Shown here: positions 1-11,800 of the stretch, piece after piece
How the letters are laid out: each line of letters starts with the position of its first letter
How positions within the stretch are numbered: the stretch's first letter is position 1
From: Caecitellus pseudoparvulus
Taxonomy: Eukaryota > Protista > Bigyra: Bicosoecida
DNA length: 64,000 nt
Direction: 5' to 3'
Assembly (NCBI GenBank): GCA_965644315.1
Contig: CBFFRQ010000032.1
Coordinates: forward strand, 310,001-374,000
The notes under the pieces: generated by a model
What the model saw: the letters and a program-made list of their open reading frames with translations, nothing else
Database searches by the model: none
What the model was told of the DNA's origin: nothing
Program-made: the position numbers and the translations under genes

Positions 1-2774
1 TGCAGATGAGCGGCCAAGGCTAGCGGCAGCACTGCTCCCACAACTGCACTGATGTTCGGGGCGGACGCCGCCACCTCCACCATGATGGCCAGCGAACGGA
101 GGAGGGCAGACAGCAACTCTGCATCTCGACCTAGCAAGTCCACGCCAGAGGTAGGGTCCAGCACCCGCACAACAAGGGGGAACACGAACTCTCCGACGAC
201 AGTTGCAAACACGTTCACCTTGGTCGTCGCTCTAGCCTTTGACTTGCCCCATCTGCGCGTCTTCGGCTGTTTCGCGACTGCCGTGTGCGGTTCGGAGCTG
301 GCATGCTGCACGAGCTCCTGGATCAACGTATTGACCTGGGCATCGCTACCTTCCGCAGGTCGCTGTGGTGTGGAGGCTTGCGATCCCCCAGCCTGTTCAG
401 GATCTGCAACGCCAGCCAAGATTATAGCCGCTTCGGTAAGCAAGGTCAGCACCTCCAGCCGCATGCCGAGCAGCTGTTCCTGAGCAAAGACAACCTTGGT
501 GAGGAAGCGGGCACTGATGACAGGGGAGGCAACAATCACTGCCACCACACCTGCATGCTTCCAAGCCGCGAACTCCTCCAGGCCAAAGGAATTCTCAGTG
601 CCCAATAACACGCGCAGCAAGGCAACTGCCGAGTCGTGCACCTCATGGGCGGTGTCCGGGCTCTTCGACAGCAAGCTGACAAGAGGGCCCACCGATGCCA
701 GTGCTGAAATCAAGTGCTTGTAGTCGAGGGGCTTCCTCAGCGTTGCAAGCACTTCCCGAAGGTGTACGGGGGGAGCTGGTAGCTGCCCATACTTCCCTGC
801 AGGGGCTGTGGAGCCTTGGGCCACTTCGAAGCCAGGGATTGTTGGGACGCCTGCAGCGGCAGCTGGCACGGACGTGTCGTCCCTTCGATGCGTCGATGCA
901 TCATGCACACCAGATGCTGCAAGCATGCCAGCAGCAAAGTCGTCCAGTGATGTCGGCTGATCCATTTGGCCTGTGGAGTCTATCGCGCGCCCAACGAGCA
1001 CCTTGGCTTCATCCCGAGGGGTGTCATCTGCAAACTCGGTGGGAATGGGAGGAGGCTCTTTCGAATCGAACTCGACGACTTGTGTGCTTGCAAAACGCCC
1101 GGGATGCACCATTGCAGTCTCCTGCGACTCAGCTCCCGCCTTCAGGCTCGGCAAGATGCCCACACTGGGACCGCGCCGCACTGCAGATAGGTGCTTCGGG
1201 ACATCCACGTCATTCGGAACAAGCAAAAAGGCCATCAAGTCAGCCACAGCCTGGTCTGAGGCCGCTTTGACCTGGGACTTGTCTGCCTTGCTGCCAAAGT
1301 CAGGTGTCAGCAGACTGGCCCAATCCAGGACAGGCAGCTCCACCCCAGTGGTTTCGAAGGCAGACGCAGCGGCAGCATGGGAGAGGATGGAGCCCACCAG
1401 CATGCCCATAACTTTCACCGACGGGTTCGGAGAGTTCAAGCGTTCTTGTACACCCTGCATGACTACTTGGCCCACTCGGCTGCCCAGTGCAACTTGGGCA
1501 TGGGGTGCGTTGCGAAGCAGCAAGGCCAAGACGTCAGTCGTTGCCTTCTGTGCACGTGTGTCAGCTCCTGCCACAGCGAGAGGTTGAGACCAAGCCTGAG
1601 CGACATGCAGGATGTGGAAGACGGACTCCCAAGTCTGCTCTCCAGAGGACACCGCCGCGCGCATGTACAGGTACCAGTGTCGGGCACAGTACGGTGTGCA
1701 TCTGCCGCTCAGCGGCACCCCACGGCACAGCTCCGCTGCTGACAATGTGCCTGAAAGAAGCCACTCATGCGGATCACCAAGGATGCCGAATAAGGGCAGG
1801 GACTTCACACCCATCTGGTTTGAGTCTGGCGGTTGAGGGAGGGCATGCCACAGCGCTTGCCGCATCGCAGAGCGGCTGACCCCCGACCAAAGCACGCGAC
1901 AAGTTTCTGCGTGGGGCTGCAAATAACCGGGATCGCATTTAGACTGAGAATTCCAAGCTTCCAGACATGCTGTGGCCAGGTGTGTCGCCCACCCGCCAGC
2001 ACACAGGCGCGCCGCAAGTGTGCTGGCACGGGCGGACCAGCCAGGAGCTGTGCAGGACGTAAGTGAGCGCACTGCCGCGAAAAGTGCTTTTGCTAGGCAT
2101 GCTCCATACGCGTCATGTGACAAGATTCCTGGCAACCTACTCAAGCGTGCATCCGTGCATGCGCTCGCAAACACAGAGTGGGCTGCGAGCAAAGCGCGCT
2201 CCACTTTCACAGGGTCAGAGTGGGTTCGCCCAGCGATCAGGGCGACAGTCACCCGCTCTAAGTACGAAGGGGTACAGGCTAGCTTTGATACAGCAAGTAG
2301 GGTCTGTGCTGTTGCTTGCATGGCCCGCTTCGTGCTGAGGGGTGACGGGCGAGGAGACGCGGCGGCCGCGCTTGCGACAGCCGCGACTAGGGCCCGCGCA
2401 CTTCCTGCCCACAACACCAGGGCAACGTCTGATGCTGCACTACCGTGCACCTGGCGTGTGAGCTGTGCGATGGCTTCATCAGAAGGCTGGGCACCAGATG
2501 CCAGGAGGCGTGGCAATCCAGACGCCAGCGCACCGTGCAGCACCATGGCTTGCTTGTGAGCCAGGATTGTGGCGGCCTCCACACCATCAGGCTGCGCTAC
2601 GAAGATCTCCGTCCACACTTTGTCCTGCTCTTCACTGATGAGCGCGCTGAATCCACAAGGGCTGTGCACACCAGCATCAGAAAGCGAGCTAGCAGTCGCC
2701 ATTGCAGAAGCAGTTTCCGCAGGTGGCGGCTTGTTTGCCCCTCCAACAGCCTCCTGCAGAGACGTGCACAACAT
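1..2774 (-). CDS. TELO2: Telomere length regulation protein Tel2/TELO2 (TTT complex), 3' end truncated by window edge
   Basis: The minus frame I translated by hand is open from 2843 to position 1, so it has no stop and is absent from the ORF track. It carries Tel2 motifs: VMQGVQERLNSPNPSVKVMGMLVG, PAPPVHLREVLATL, MRLEVLTLLTEAA, KTRRWG, NVFATVVGEFVFPL, DLLGRDAELLSALLRSLAIMVE. First ATG is at 2774; an alternative (gcaATGg) is at 2702. Confidence 0.88.
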   Translation of the reverse strand, partial: MLCTSLQEAVGGANKPPPAETASAMATASSLSDAGVHSPCGFSALISEEQDKVWTEIFVAQPDGVEAATILAHKQAMVLHGALASGLPRLLASGAQPSDEAIAQLTRQVHGSAASDVALVLWAGSARALVAAVASAAAASPRPSPLSTKRAMQATAQTLLAVSKLACTPSYLERVTVALIAGRTHSDPVKVERALLAAHSVFASACTDARLSRLPGILSHDAYGACLAKALFAAVRSLTSCTAPGWSARASTLAARLCAGGWATHLATACLEAWNSQSKCDPGYLQPHAETCRVLWSGVSRSAMRQALWHALPQPPDSNQMGVKSLPLFGILGDPHEWLLSGTLSAAELCRGVPLSGRCTPYCARHWYLYMRAAVSSGEQTWESVFHILHVAQAWSQPLAVAGADTRAQKATTDVLALLLRNAPHAQVALGSRVGQVVMQGVQERLNSPNPSVKVMGMLVGSILSHAAAASAFETTGVELPVLDWASLLTPDFGSKADKSQVKAASDQAVADLMAFLLVPNDVDVPKHLSAVRRGPSVGILPSLKAGAESQETAMVHPGRFASTQVVEFDSKEPPPIPTEFADDTPRDEAKVLVGRAIDSTGQMDQPTSLDDFAAGMLAASGVHDASTHRRDDTSVPAAAAGVPTIPGFEVAQGSTAPAGKYGQLPAPPVHLREVLATLRKPLDYKHLISALASVGPLVSLLSKSPDTAHEVHDSAVALLRVLLGTENSFGLEEFAAWKHAGVVAVIVASPVISARFLTKVVFAQEQLLGMRLEVLTLLTEAAIILAGVADPEQAGGSQASTPQRPAEGSDAQVNTLIQELVQHASSEPHTAVAKQPKTRRWGKSKARATTKVNVFATVVGEFVFPLVVRVLDPTSGVDLLGRDAELLSALLRSLAIMVEVAASAPNISAVVGAVLPLALAAHL

Positions 2775-2843
2775 GCGCAAAAGCAATGAAGGAATCGGAG
2801 TCTCGCATGGCACATCTGAATTGCACTGAGAGGTGCATTTCGA

Positions 2844-5800
2844 TCAAGAGTACTTGGCAGCGTTCTCAGTTAGGTGCTGCTCGCCTTTCTCCATGAGCCA
2901 CAGGGCGGCCGTGTCCATGTTCCCCTTGGCTTGCGCAAGGGCGTACTTGTACACACCGTCAGGGAAATCTGGGATGATGCTCTTGAGCTGCTCCTCCTCG
3001 GGCGTCAGGGGGGGCGCCTCAGCAACGGCCTCCTCTGCTGGCTTGCTCGGGCCAGCAGCCTCCTCGGCAGGGGGAGCCAAGGCGTCCGCAGGTGATGGGC
3101 CCAACTTGTCCAGCTCCACCCGCAGCGCATCCACCTGTTTCTTAAGCTTGTCGTAGTGGCCGGAGGTGTCTGACTCCTTTGCCTCCTTTAGCCACGTGTC
3201 GACCGTTTGGAGGATGTGCGTGCGCTTCAGGGTGAAGTGGGTCTTCACTGCCTCTTCGAAGCCAGCAGGAGGGTGTTTCAGCTGGTCCACCATAGCCCAC
3301 TGCACGGTGCCGACTCGCAGACGCTCGTAGCCACCATTCTCAGCGACCCGCTCCATGCGCTTGCCCTGTTCAGTCCCGATTTGGGACTCGACGCCGGGCT
3401 CGTTGTAGTAAGGCTTGGAGACAAAGATGAGGCTGGCAATTGACACGAACACCTGCAGCAAGGTGGAGTCGGGAGTCCACGCTTCCCTAGAGTTGCCGCC
3501 ATGCCATGTTCCCAACAGGCTCAGGCACACCTTCCCGCTGGAGTACAGGTTCGGGTTGAACCGCACACTGCCACCACCCGTCGTCTGCAAGTTGACCTTG
3601 GGACTCTTGCTGGGGAAGGAGGGGTCACAGTACATGTGGAACAAGAAGAGACCACTGTCATAAGGCGTATCGGGGGGAGCTGCAATGATGAAGTGAATGA
3701 TGTACGGGCGCCTCTTATCGTACCGCACCAGCACAGTGGACTCGAAGCCTAACGGCATGCTGCCCTTCAGAGCCCGAAGCATCTGCTTTGTTGCCGTGAC
3801 TCGCTTCGCAGGCGGGTTAGACTCGGCTTGCACTGAGCTCCAGTACTTGAAAGAGCTGGGAGATGAGCCCTTTGCGTTCATGTCAATCTTGCTCAAAGTG
3901 TGCTTCTTCATGCTCTTCTCGTACAAGCGGCGCAAGTCGTCCAGCGTCGCGATTTCGCCTTCGCCTGCCGCCTCGGCCGCCGCCCCACCACCTGCGTGGC
4001 CTGCAGCAGCTGCTTTGGCAGCAAGAGCTTCAGCTGCACTTTGGGCGGCGCTGGCAGCAGCCACAAGCTGGTTCATGACACTCTTAGTGACGTCATCGGA
4101 AGGTGCGTCATCCGAGCCCTTGCCAGCCGCCCCGCCAGAGCCTGCAGTCTCCTCGCCACCCAGAACATCGTCTGCGATGCCCTTCGCTGAAGCAAGCAGC
4201 TCACTGAGGTCTGTGGAGTTGTGGGGAGTGGGAAGAAGCAGTTGAGAGAGTGAAGCGCTGGAGGCCAATGCCTCCAGCACGGCGTATACGCCAGCGTGCA
4301 GCTGGTGGAACTTCACAATGTCCAGCTCTGTGGAGCGCAGATACGAAGCCAGCACCGGCAGTAGGGGGCTGGCATCAAGGGTTGCGCACAGCTCCTGCAA
4401 TGCTTTCTCAGCCACAGCCACAGGCCTCGGTGGCGTGCTTGGGTGGGCCGCAGAGTCCACGATGCTGAGCGTGTCCGCCAGCAGCATGCAGATGGATGTG
4501 GTGAGTTGGCGACGGCCTTCGCGTTTAGCAGCAAGTGCAGCAGCATCGAAGTCCCGAAGGCCCTTCTGACCATCCCAAGAATACCCTGTGCCCTTTGCCC
4601 ACCGTTCATCTGACTTCTTGTTGCTCGAGGCAGCAGCGCCGCCCTCTGCTGCGCCACCCGCTTCAGAGGACTTGGCAGCTTCCTCAGCCTTGCGTTGTTC
4701 TGCTTCTTTTCGCCTTGCCTCCTTCACAGCGGCTGTAAGCGGGTCTGTGAACTCCATGAACTTTGACTCTTCAGCGGGCGTGAAGCCCTCAGTTTCACCC
4801 ACCCGCACGAGCAGCGCGCGGAGTGCAGTGCCGCCCATCACAAGGTGTGCTGCAACCGATTCGAAGGAATCTGCTACTCCTGAGCTCTCACCAGCGCTAC
4901 CTTGCAATTCTGGTGCCATAGGGATTGCACTAGCAGTGCCACCTTCGCTCGCAGCAAGCGGGCTGGAGGAGGCGCCCTCCTTGGGGCTTGCCAATGATTC
5001 CGTTCCGCCCGTTGGCATCTTTCCGGATTCGGGCTTGCTGAGGGTGGAGAAGAAGCGAGACACTCTTGGCGCTGAGTGAATGCCCCCCAGCAGCGGTTTG
5101 AGCAGCGCCATCACCGGGTCCGCAGCGGCAGAATCCGGCACCTTCGCGCGTTGCGGGGAGCCCTGTGCAACTGAGCTGAAAAGGGGCGCACAGGCAGTCA
5201 GCTCTCTTGCCGGCACTTGCAGGCAGCTCAAGGCGTTGCCTGCGGCAATGGTGACGCCCTCGGGAGTCAGACCACCCGCCTGCTGCACCTGCTTGCTGGC
5301 GGTACCTTCCTCGCTGCTGAGGCCAGCTTTTGAACACACCGCCGCCATGTCTGCTGCATAGGTGCTTTTGTTTGCCGGCCGCAGGAACTTACCCATGGAG
5401 ACCCACGGCAGTGCTTGGGCCGCAAGAGCTGTCCAGTGCACCTCCCCACCCCGCTTGGCAGGTGGCGCGAAGGCTTCGAAAACACCTGCTGGGTCAGCAG
5501 TCTGCAAGGCATGCAGCTCCAGGGCAGCAGTGAGCAAGGCTTGACAGTCCTCGTCTTGCTGCAGGCTGGCAGCGAAGCCGGGCACCTCAAGCAGTGCTCC
5601 CAAGTCTCGTAGCCAGCGGTGCATGCTGGCTCCCACTTCCTCCCAAGTCGCACGGAAGCCCCCCCAGGAGTCCCCATGTTTCTCTGCATAGCCTGGAGTG
5701 TTGTACTTGAAGTCGCCGGCTGGCGCATTTAGCGATTGCAGCGCCTCGGGCAGGTTGGCCTCATCAACACCAAAGACCTTGCCGATGTTGTGCCGCATGA

Positions 5801-8800
5801 GCTGCAACAACTTGCCCAAAACACCTTCCTTGTGCAGGGCCAAGAGCATCGAGCCCGCCGACTCCTCGGCGTCAGCCGAAGCAGGCAGCTGCACAACAGA
5901 CGGTGTTTCAGGGGCATGCTGCGGCTCTGCCAGAACCTCATACTGCAACGTGATCACCCGAGGAACGTTGGCAGAAGTTGCAACCAGTGGCAGATCTCGC
6001 AGAGGAGCGGCGGCTGTTGCCGTTGCTGCATCCGTGACGCCCATCACAGCAGATAGCTGCTCATATGGGCCCAAGGTTTGGTCTACCGTGCTCGCTGAGA
6101 GGTCAACCGCGCCGCTGAGCGGGTACAGGACACGTCCAATCTGCCCAACAGTCACTGAATCTGACCCCTGCTGCATACCAGCCACAGTCGTATCGGCTGG
6201 AAGAGCCAGCGCCTGCAAAGCGACTGCCACAGTCGTGGGGGGGCCGTCTCCGGCGCCAGTCGCGGCGGCTTGCGTTTCAGTGACCACTGTTGGCCGGACA
6301 GTGCGTGCGCTCCAGCGGATAAAGCGGCTCGTTCCGCCAAAATACTGCGCCAGGCTTGGCAAGGGAGTTGTACGCACAGCCGGCAGCAGCAAAGTGGGGG
6401 ATCGCCAGGCGGCCAAGGGCGCCTCATCGTTCAGCAAGACAGCCAACGAGCTGCCCGGGAGCTGAGCGAGGCAATCGTCGGCTGGCACGGGCGGTGGGCT
6501 CGCGCCAGCTTCCAGTACAGTGGTGGAACTGCCGCACACCAGGGCCGCAAGCGGGACGGGTGCTCCTTCGCTCTGCAGCGACACTGGTACCGGCGGCAGC
6601 AACGGGCGCATGGGCATGGCAGAGTCTCCGGGTGTGGCGGCGCTCTCAGAGCTGCCAGTGGTACACACTTGCCTCGAGATGCTGGCGATGGAGGTGGCAC
6701 CCCCGACTCTTACCTGGGCTTCCGTTGCCGTTGCCGTTTGCGGGTGTGCTGGCATGTCGACCAACTTGACTTGCTTCAAGCGCACAGTCGCACCATTGCT
6801 GCTGTATAGCAGGACAGCAGGGTATAGCAGAGGGTCTACGTTAGAGTTTCCAGCGAGCTTCGAGAAGATGTCGGTGAAAGCCACGTTTGTCACGCCATCT
6901 GCACCGATGAAACCAAAGGTTGCCGCGTTGGCGTCGATGACAATGGTGACTGTATCGCCGACACCCATGAAGTCGTCCTGCTTGAAGTCTTTCATGTCAT
7001 TGGAGCCGTCGTAACAGTTGGCATCTTTCTGGTCCACCATCATCTGCATCTTGTTCACCGACACTGGCCGACGCTGCTTGTCGTTGTTCAGCGGCGACGC
7101 CCCAAAGGACACGATGAGACTTGGGTCTGTGAAGCCAGGCTCGCTATTTCCCTTGAGAGTAACCAATTCGAAAGTGATGTGGAACACGCCGCTGCCCGCC
7201 GCGATGCCAAAGTCCAGTGCAGCGCAGGCATTATTCGTGGACTTGTGCTTCACCAGTGCTCCGTCCTCTTCGATGTCGAAGCGGTCAGCCTGACTGCAGA
7301 AGTCAGGGCTGAACTTTGCCTTGCTCGCATGGGCAATGATGGCTGCAGCGGCGAGTCCTGCAACTCCTGAGCCCTGAAGACCAGCGAGCTGCTGCGCGAT
7401 GGTCACGTCCGCACGAGCCCACTGTGAGGGGGGAGCTCCGATAACATCCACCGTATCCGACGGCATGTTTGCTTCCACGGCTTGCTTGTCCGCCTCCTTG
7501 ACCTGCTGCATGAGCGTGGCGGACATCACGGAAGCGGCCAGAGGCGGAACGACGGAGATGAATGACCTGCGAGACAGGCTGGAGACCATCCTGAACACCT
7601 TCAAAAATGACGCTGTGAGGCTATCCGCTTTGCTAAGGGTGGAGCTTATGTGCGCTGTTGCCAGCGCTTGGTTGGCGGAGTGCCCAGACAGCAGCTGCTG
7701 CAGTAGGTGAGAGAGTGCCCTTTGAATGGACCCTGATGCCGCAAACCATGGTTTGGGCAGCTCAGCAGCCCCGTCCCAGCCTGCAGCTGCTCGGATGAGG
7801 TCGTGCACGAGGAAGGTCCCCAGCCAACCAGCAATGGCGTGGTCATCGGCCACTGTACGAAGGATGTGAGTTGCGCGAAGGGTTGCCAGCGTGATTCCTG
7901 CGCCCACATCGGGCTCTGCGTCCAACGCCTGCCTCATGAAGTCCAGCGCAGGGGACTTGCACAAGACAGCCTTCTCCTCAGAGCGCCACTGCACCTCCAC
8001 ACCCTCTGGGTGTAGAGTCAGCGCTCCCTGCACCAATTGCAAGGCGGCGATGATAACAGCCACTGCCTTGGTTCCACAAGCTGCAGGGCCAAGCCCAGCT
8101 GTCAGGTGGGCGATGCATGAGCTAGCCCCAGCTGCAGTGGTGTGTGCCTTGACGAGGTCCATGGCTGCGTCTGCGACATCGGGGGTCTCAAACGCAGCCA
8201 TTGCGGCATGCTTCGTCTTTGCCGACAGAGGCAGCACTGTTGCGGACATGGCCTGCTGCAACATGGCATCCACCACGCATGACACGGGGTGTCCTGCCGC
8301 GCTGACGCCTTCACAGCACGTCACCCATAGCGACAAGCAACCCCTGTGCCAGGCTGTGCCCAAGCTTGCAGCTGCAGCTGCGACGCCTGCTTGGCTGCAC
8401 AGCTGTTCGAGCTCATATTGGCTCAAGAACGCTGTCGCCCCCGCGGCAAGTGCCACGGAGACTTCCTGAATAAGTGGCAGTGCTAGCAGCCTGAGGAGCC
8501 CAGATGCAGAGGGAGCTGAGGAGTGAGCGATAGATGCTCTCTCCAACACTGATGCCAGGGCAGTGCAGAGGCCCCCAAAAGCAGGCCATTGCTGGTTCGG
8601 GTGAGAATGACGCCTGGCCGCAAGCACAGGGGTGAGCATACGGCAATGTGCCTGCAGTGCCAAACATTGCCCTTGCACTGCCATGGGTTCGAGCGAGGCC
8701 CCAGCAGGCAATGTGACTCCAGCACGCACCATAGAGTCCTGTAGGTCACCCAAGATGCTCTCTTGCACGAGTGGAAGATGCCACGCCAAAGCAGCCAGCG

Positions 8801-11800
8801 CTGCACAAGCAGCATGCACAGCAGCTGCGCCGCCAAGCACGACAGTGTCGGTTGGGGAAATGTTGCCATCTTCCTTTGGACTGAAAGTCGCGGAAAGCAA
8901 TGACGGCAGCGCGCGCCAGAGCTGTTTTGCAGCTGCCTGGGCACTGGCCACATCAAGGTGCTGCATGAGCGCCAAGGCACGGTCCCGCCGCGCTGATACG
9001 GTTGCCAGGAGTTGTTTGTCTGTATCCGCATGCAGCGCCCCATGTGGGCTGGAGGCCATGAAGAAGGGTGCCGGGGACACGAACTCTGTGATCAAGTCAA
9101 ACAGTGGCTCCAGCATGGCCCTCCGCAGCGTGACTTCTTTCTTGTAGGCCGGACTTGCGGGCTCAGCTGAACCTGCAGGCCCGGCTGCCCCCACCCAAGC
9201 CTCATCAACCAACAGTCTGGGTTTCTCATCGTCGCCGCTTTCGGTGCTTCCCGAGGCAGCGGCACACCCAGGGCTGTTCTGCTGCTGCTCAGCGCTCGAC
9301 TGGTCAAGAACGCCGTGCAACGAAAACTTCTTCAGGCTGCCCTTGACTGCGCCACCCAACTGCACACCTGCGTCAATGGGGGCCACCGCCGTGATACAGA
9401 TGACCTGCACAGGCTCTGCCGTGTGAAGGGGGATGTGTGCGTATGAGGAGCACGTCAGGGCTTGGTAGGTGGAGGAGATACCGTAGCTGTCCTTTCGCTG
9501 AGAAGTGTTCGTGGAGGGGTTGTGTTTCTCCGCCCACGGCGTGCTGGGGTGAGGCTCGTTGGTCACAACACTGTGCCCGACACAGCTCAAATCAAACGCT
9601 GACTGGCCAGCGGAAACGAGGACGAAGGATGGAGCTGTGCGGTCTTGAGTGTCAGCAAAGGCCATGTCGATGCAGTCAAGGCGAGCTCCCTGGCGCAGCA
9701 CCAGGAAGAGGCTGAAGAATGCCGTACCCCCAAGGGTGGGAACGCTGCCCAAGTGCGCGCCGTGAATGAGACCAGCCAGAGCACCCCCGTGCAAGTATGT
9801 GAAGGTCGCGAAGTCGCCTGTCATGGGGAGCAAGTTGCTGGACTTGATGGCCTCAACGGGCGGCTGCTCTGCGGCGGCAGCAGCCTTTTCCACCTTCTCG
9901 TACAGCGCCTGGCGCATCGAGGGGAACAGCGTCTTGACATGCTCACTGATGGGGGAGCCGCACCTCCAACCCAAAGGTGCGACGAAGGCAGTCAAGTCCT
10001 TCGCTTGGCTACTTGTTGTGGGAGCTCGCCGGGAGAGACTCACTGCCTGCGGTGCCGGCAACGTAGCAAACGCATCCAGAACCGGCTGCATGAGGCTCTG
10101 CAGGTTCACAGACTCTCGAGTGCGCACGTCCGAAAAGAGGGCACTGCTCGAGGTTGCACCGCCCGCAGTCACGGCCCGGGGGAGCAGCGGATGCGAGGCT
10201 CGCATGGAGGCGGCAGAGTGCAAGCCGAGAGCCCTGGCGACGGGGCTTGGCGCCACCGCTGTGGGGCGGAAGGCACTGGAAGCCCCCGGGCGCTCAAGCG
10301 ACTCTTCCGTTGGAGGATCTGAAGCAGTGTCGACGGCAGTGTGCTGGCCTGGCCCAGAGAAACCTGAGAAAATGGACAAAATATGGCTCACAGTCACTGC
10401 AGCCATGGAAGTCGACATCTGCAGGCAAGTGCCCAGCATGAGCAAGAGGGTGGGAATGACGGGCGGGCGCAGTGGGGCGGGGCCGGACTGCACAGCTGAC
10501 ACTTCCCCCGTGCTGGTGACCTCGACACCGGCCAACACTGCCAGGCGAATGTCAGATGCAGTCAATGTCACCCTGCCCTTCCCGCCAGACGTTTGCGTGG
10601 CGCCTGGAGACTGGCCTGGGGTAGACGCTGGGCGCTGCACATCGTCCCATGAGGGCACCTCCACGTCCAATACACTTGGGGCTGCTACCTCGCCATCTGT
10701 GGCCCGGGGTGCAGAGCCCACCGATGAATGCGGAGCATGGGAAGCACGCGGGGAGCACACTGCCTTGAGGATGTGCGCACACGAATCGCTGATCCGCCCA
10801 GCGAGCGACTCCTCCGCGGCACAGTCAGCGATAGTGCCAACGAGGCGCATCAAGCTCCATCGCAGAGAGCGCAGGGCTTGTGCTCGGTCTGTAACCGCGA
10901 CCAGCGAAGGCATACACTCGTCAGGGACATGGTCCTGCGCCGGCAAAACCGAGCTGAGCGACTCGCCTGCGAGAACCGACTGCCAGAGTCGGTCGGGCAC
11001 GGCCATGTGTTCCGCCGCGGCCCGCAGGCAGCTTGTGCCGTCATGCACGCGTAAGCACAGCCAGGTCACAAGGTCCTCTATGTGGAATTCAGTGCCATCC
11101 CGGTCAGCTGACAGGGCAGACGCACCCTCTTCCGAGTCCATGGAACGGAGCAGCTGCGAGCACAGTTGGGTCAAGTGGCTGGCAACCCAGAGCTCTCCAG
11201 CGTTTGCTTTCAGGCTTGGCAGCCTTTCCCCATCACAGCTGCTGAAAGAAGTCAAATCCCGGTGAATGAGGGAGGAAACATGGGTCAACAGGGCTCTCAG
11301 TGCTCGGGCACGATCGCCTTGGGGTGCGGACTTCACAAGCTGGGGCACAGCGAGCTTCAGCATGTGCACGGCAGCAGCGGTTTGTGAAAGGGCCCCGACG
11401 GCACGAGATGACAGGGAAGGGTCGTGCACCAAGCTGCTGTGATTGGCAACGACATCCGCGGGGCTGGCCTGCACTGTTTTGCCTGCTCGCGCCCTGTGCG
11501 CACTTTCACCGATGCTGGCAAGCGCTGCCATGGCCGCGGGAAGGGCAGACAGGCACACACGAGTCAGGGTAGAGGCCACAGCAGCCGGCTCTGCGGCCAA
11601 ACACCGTCTGCAGACTGCCAAAATGTCGCTGGTGAGAGACAACGCTGGAGCAGCACTGGCCCCGAGCAGCGCCTTCGCCAAGAATGCGGACAGCGGTGCG
11701 CTGGGGAGCGCCGCCGCACACTCTTTCTGATCAGCACTGGCGAGCACCGTGAGCACTGAAGACCAGACTTGAACGGCGTCAGGCAAAGACGCGATGCCAC

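Noticed and set aside
2770-2846. Selenocysteine recoding of the TGA between the giant E2 and TELO2
   Set aside because: No redox motif context and no recognisable SECIS. Neither family is a known selenoprotein.
9766-11265. 499-aa plus-strand ORF and many similar ORFs inside the giant E2, TELO2 and dynein genes
   Set aside because: Ser/Ala/Arg/Thr-rich translations typical of antisense or off-frame reading of the real CDS.
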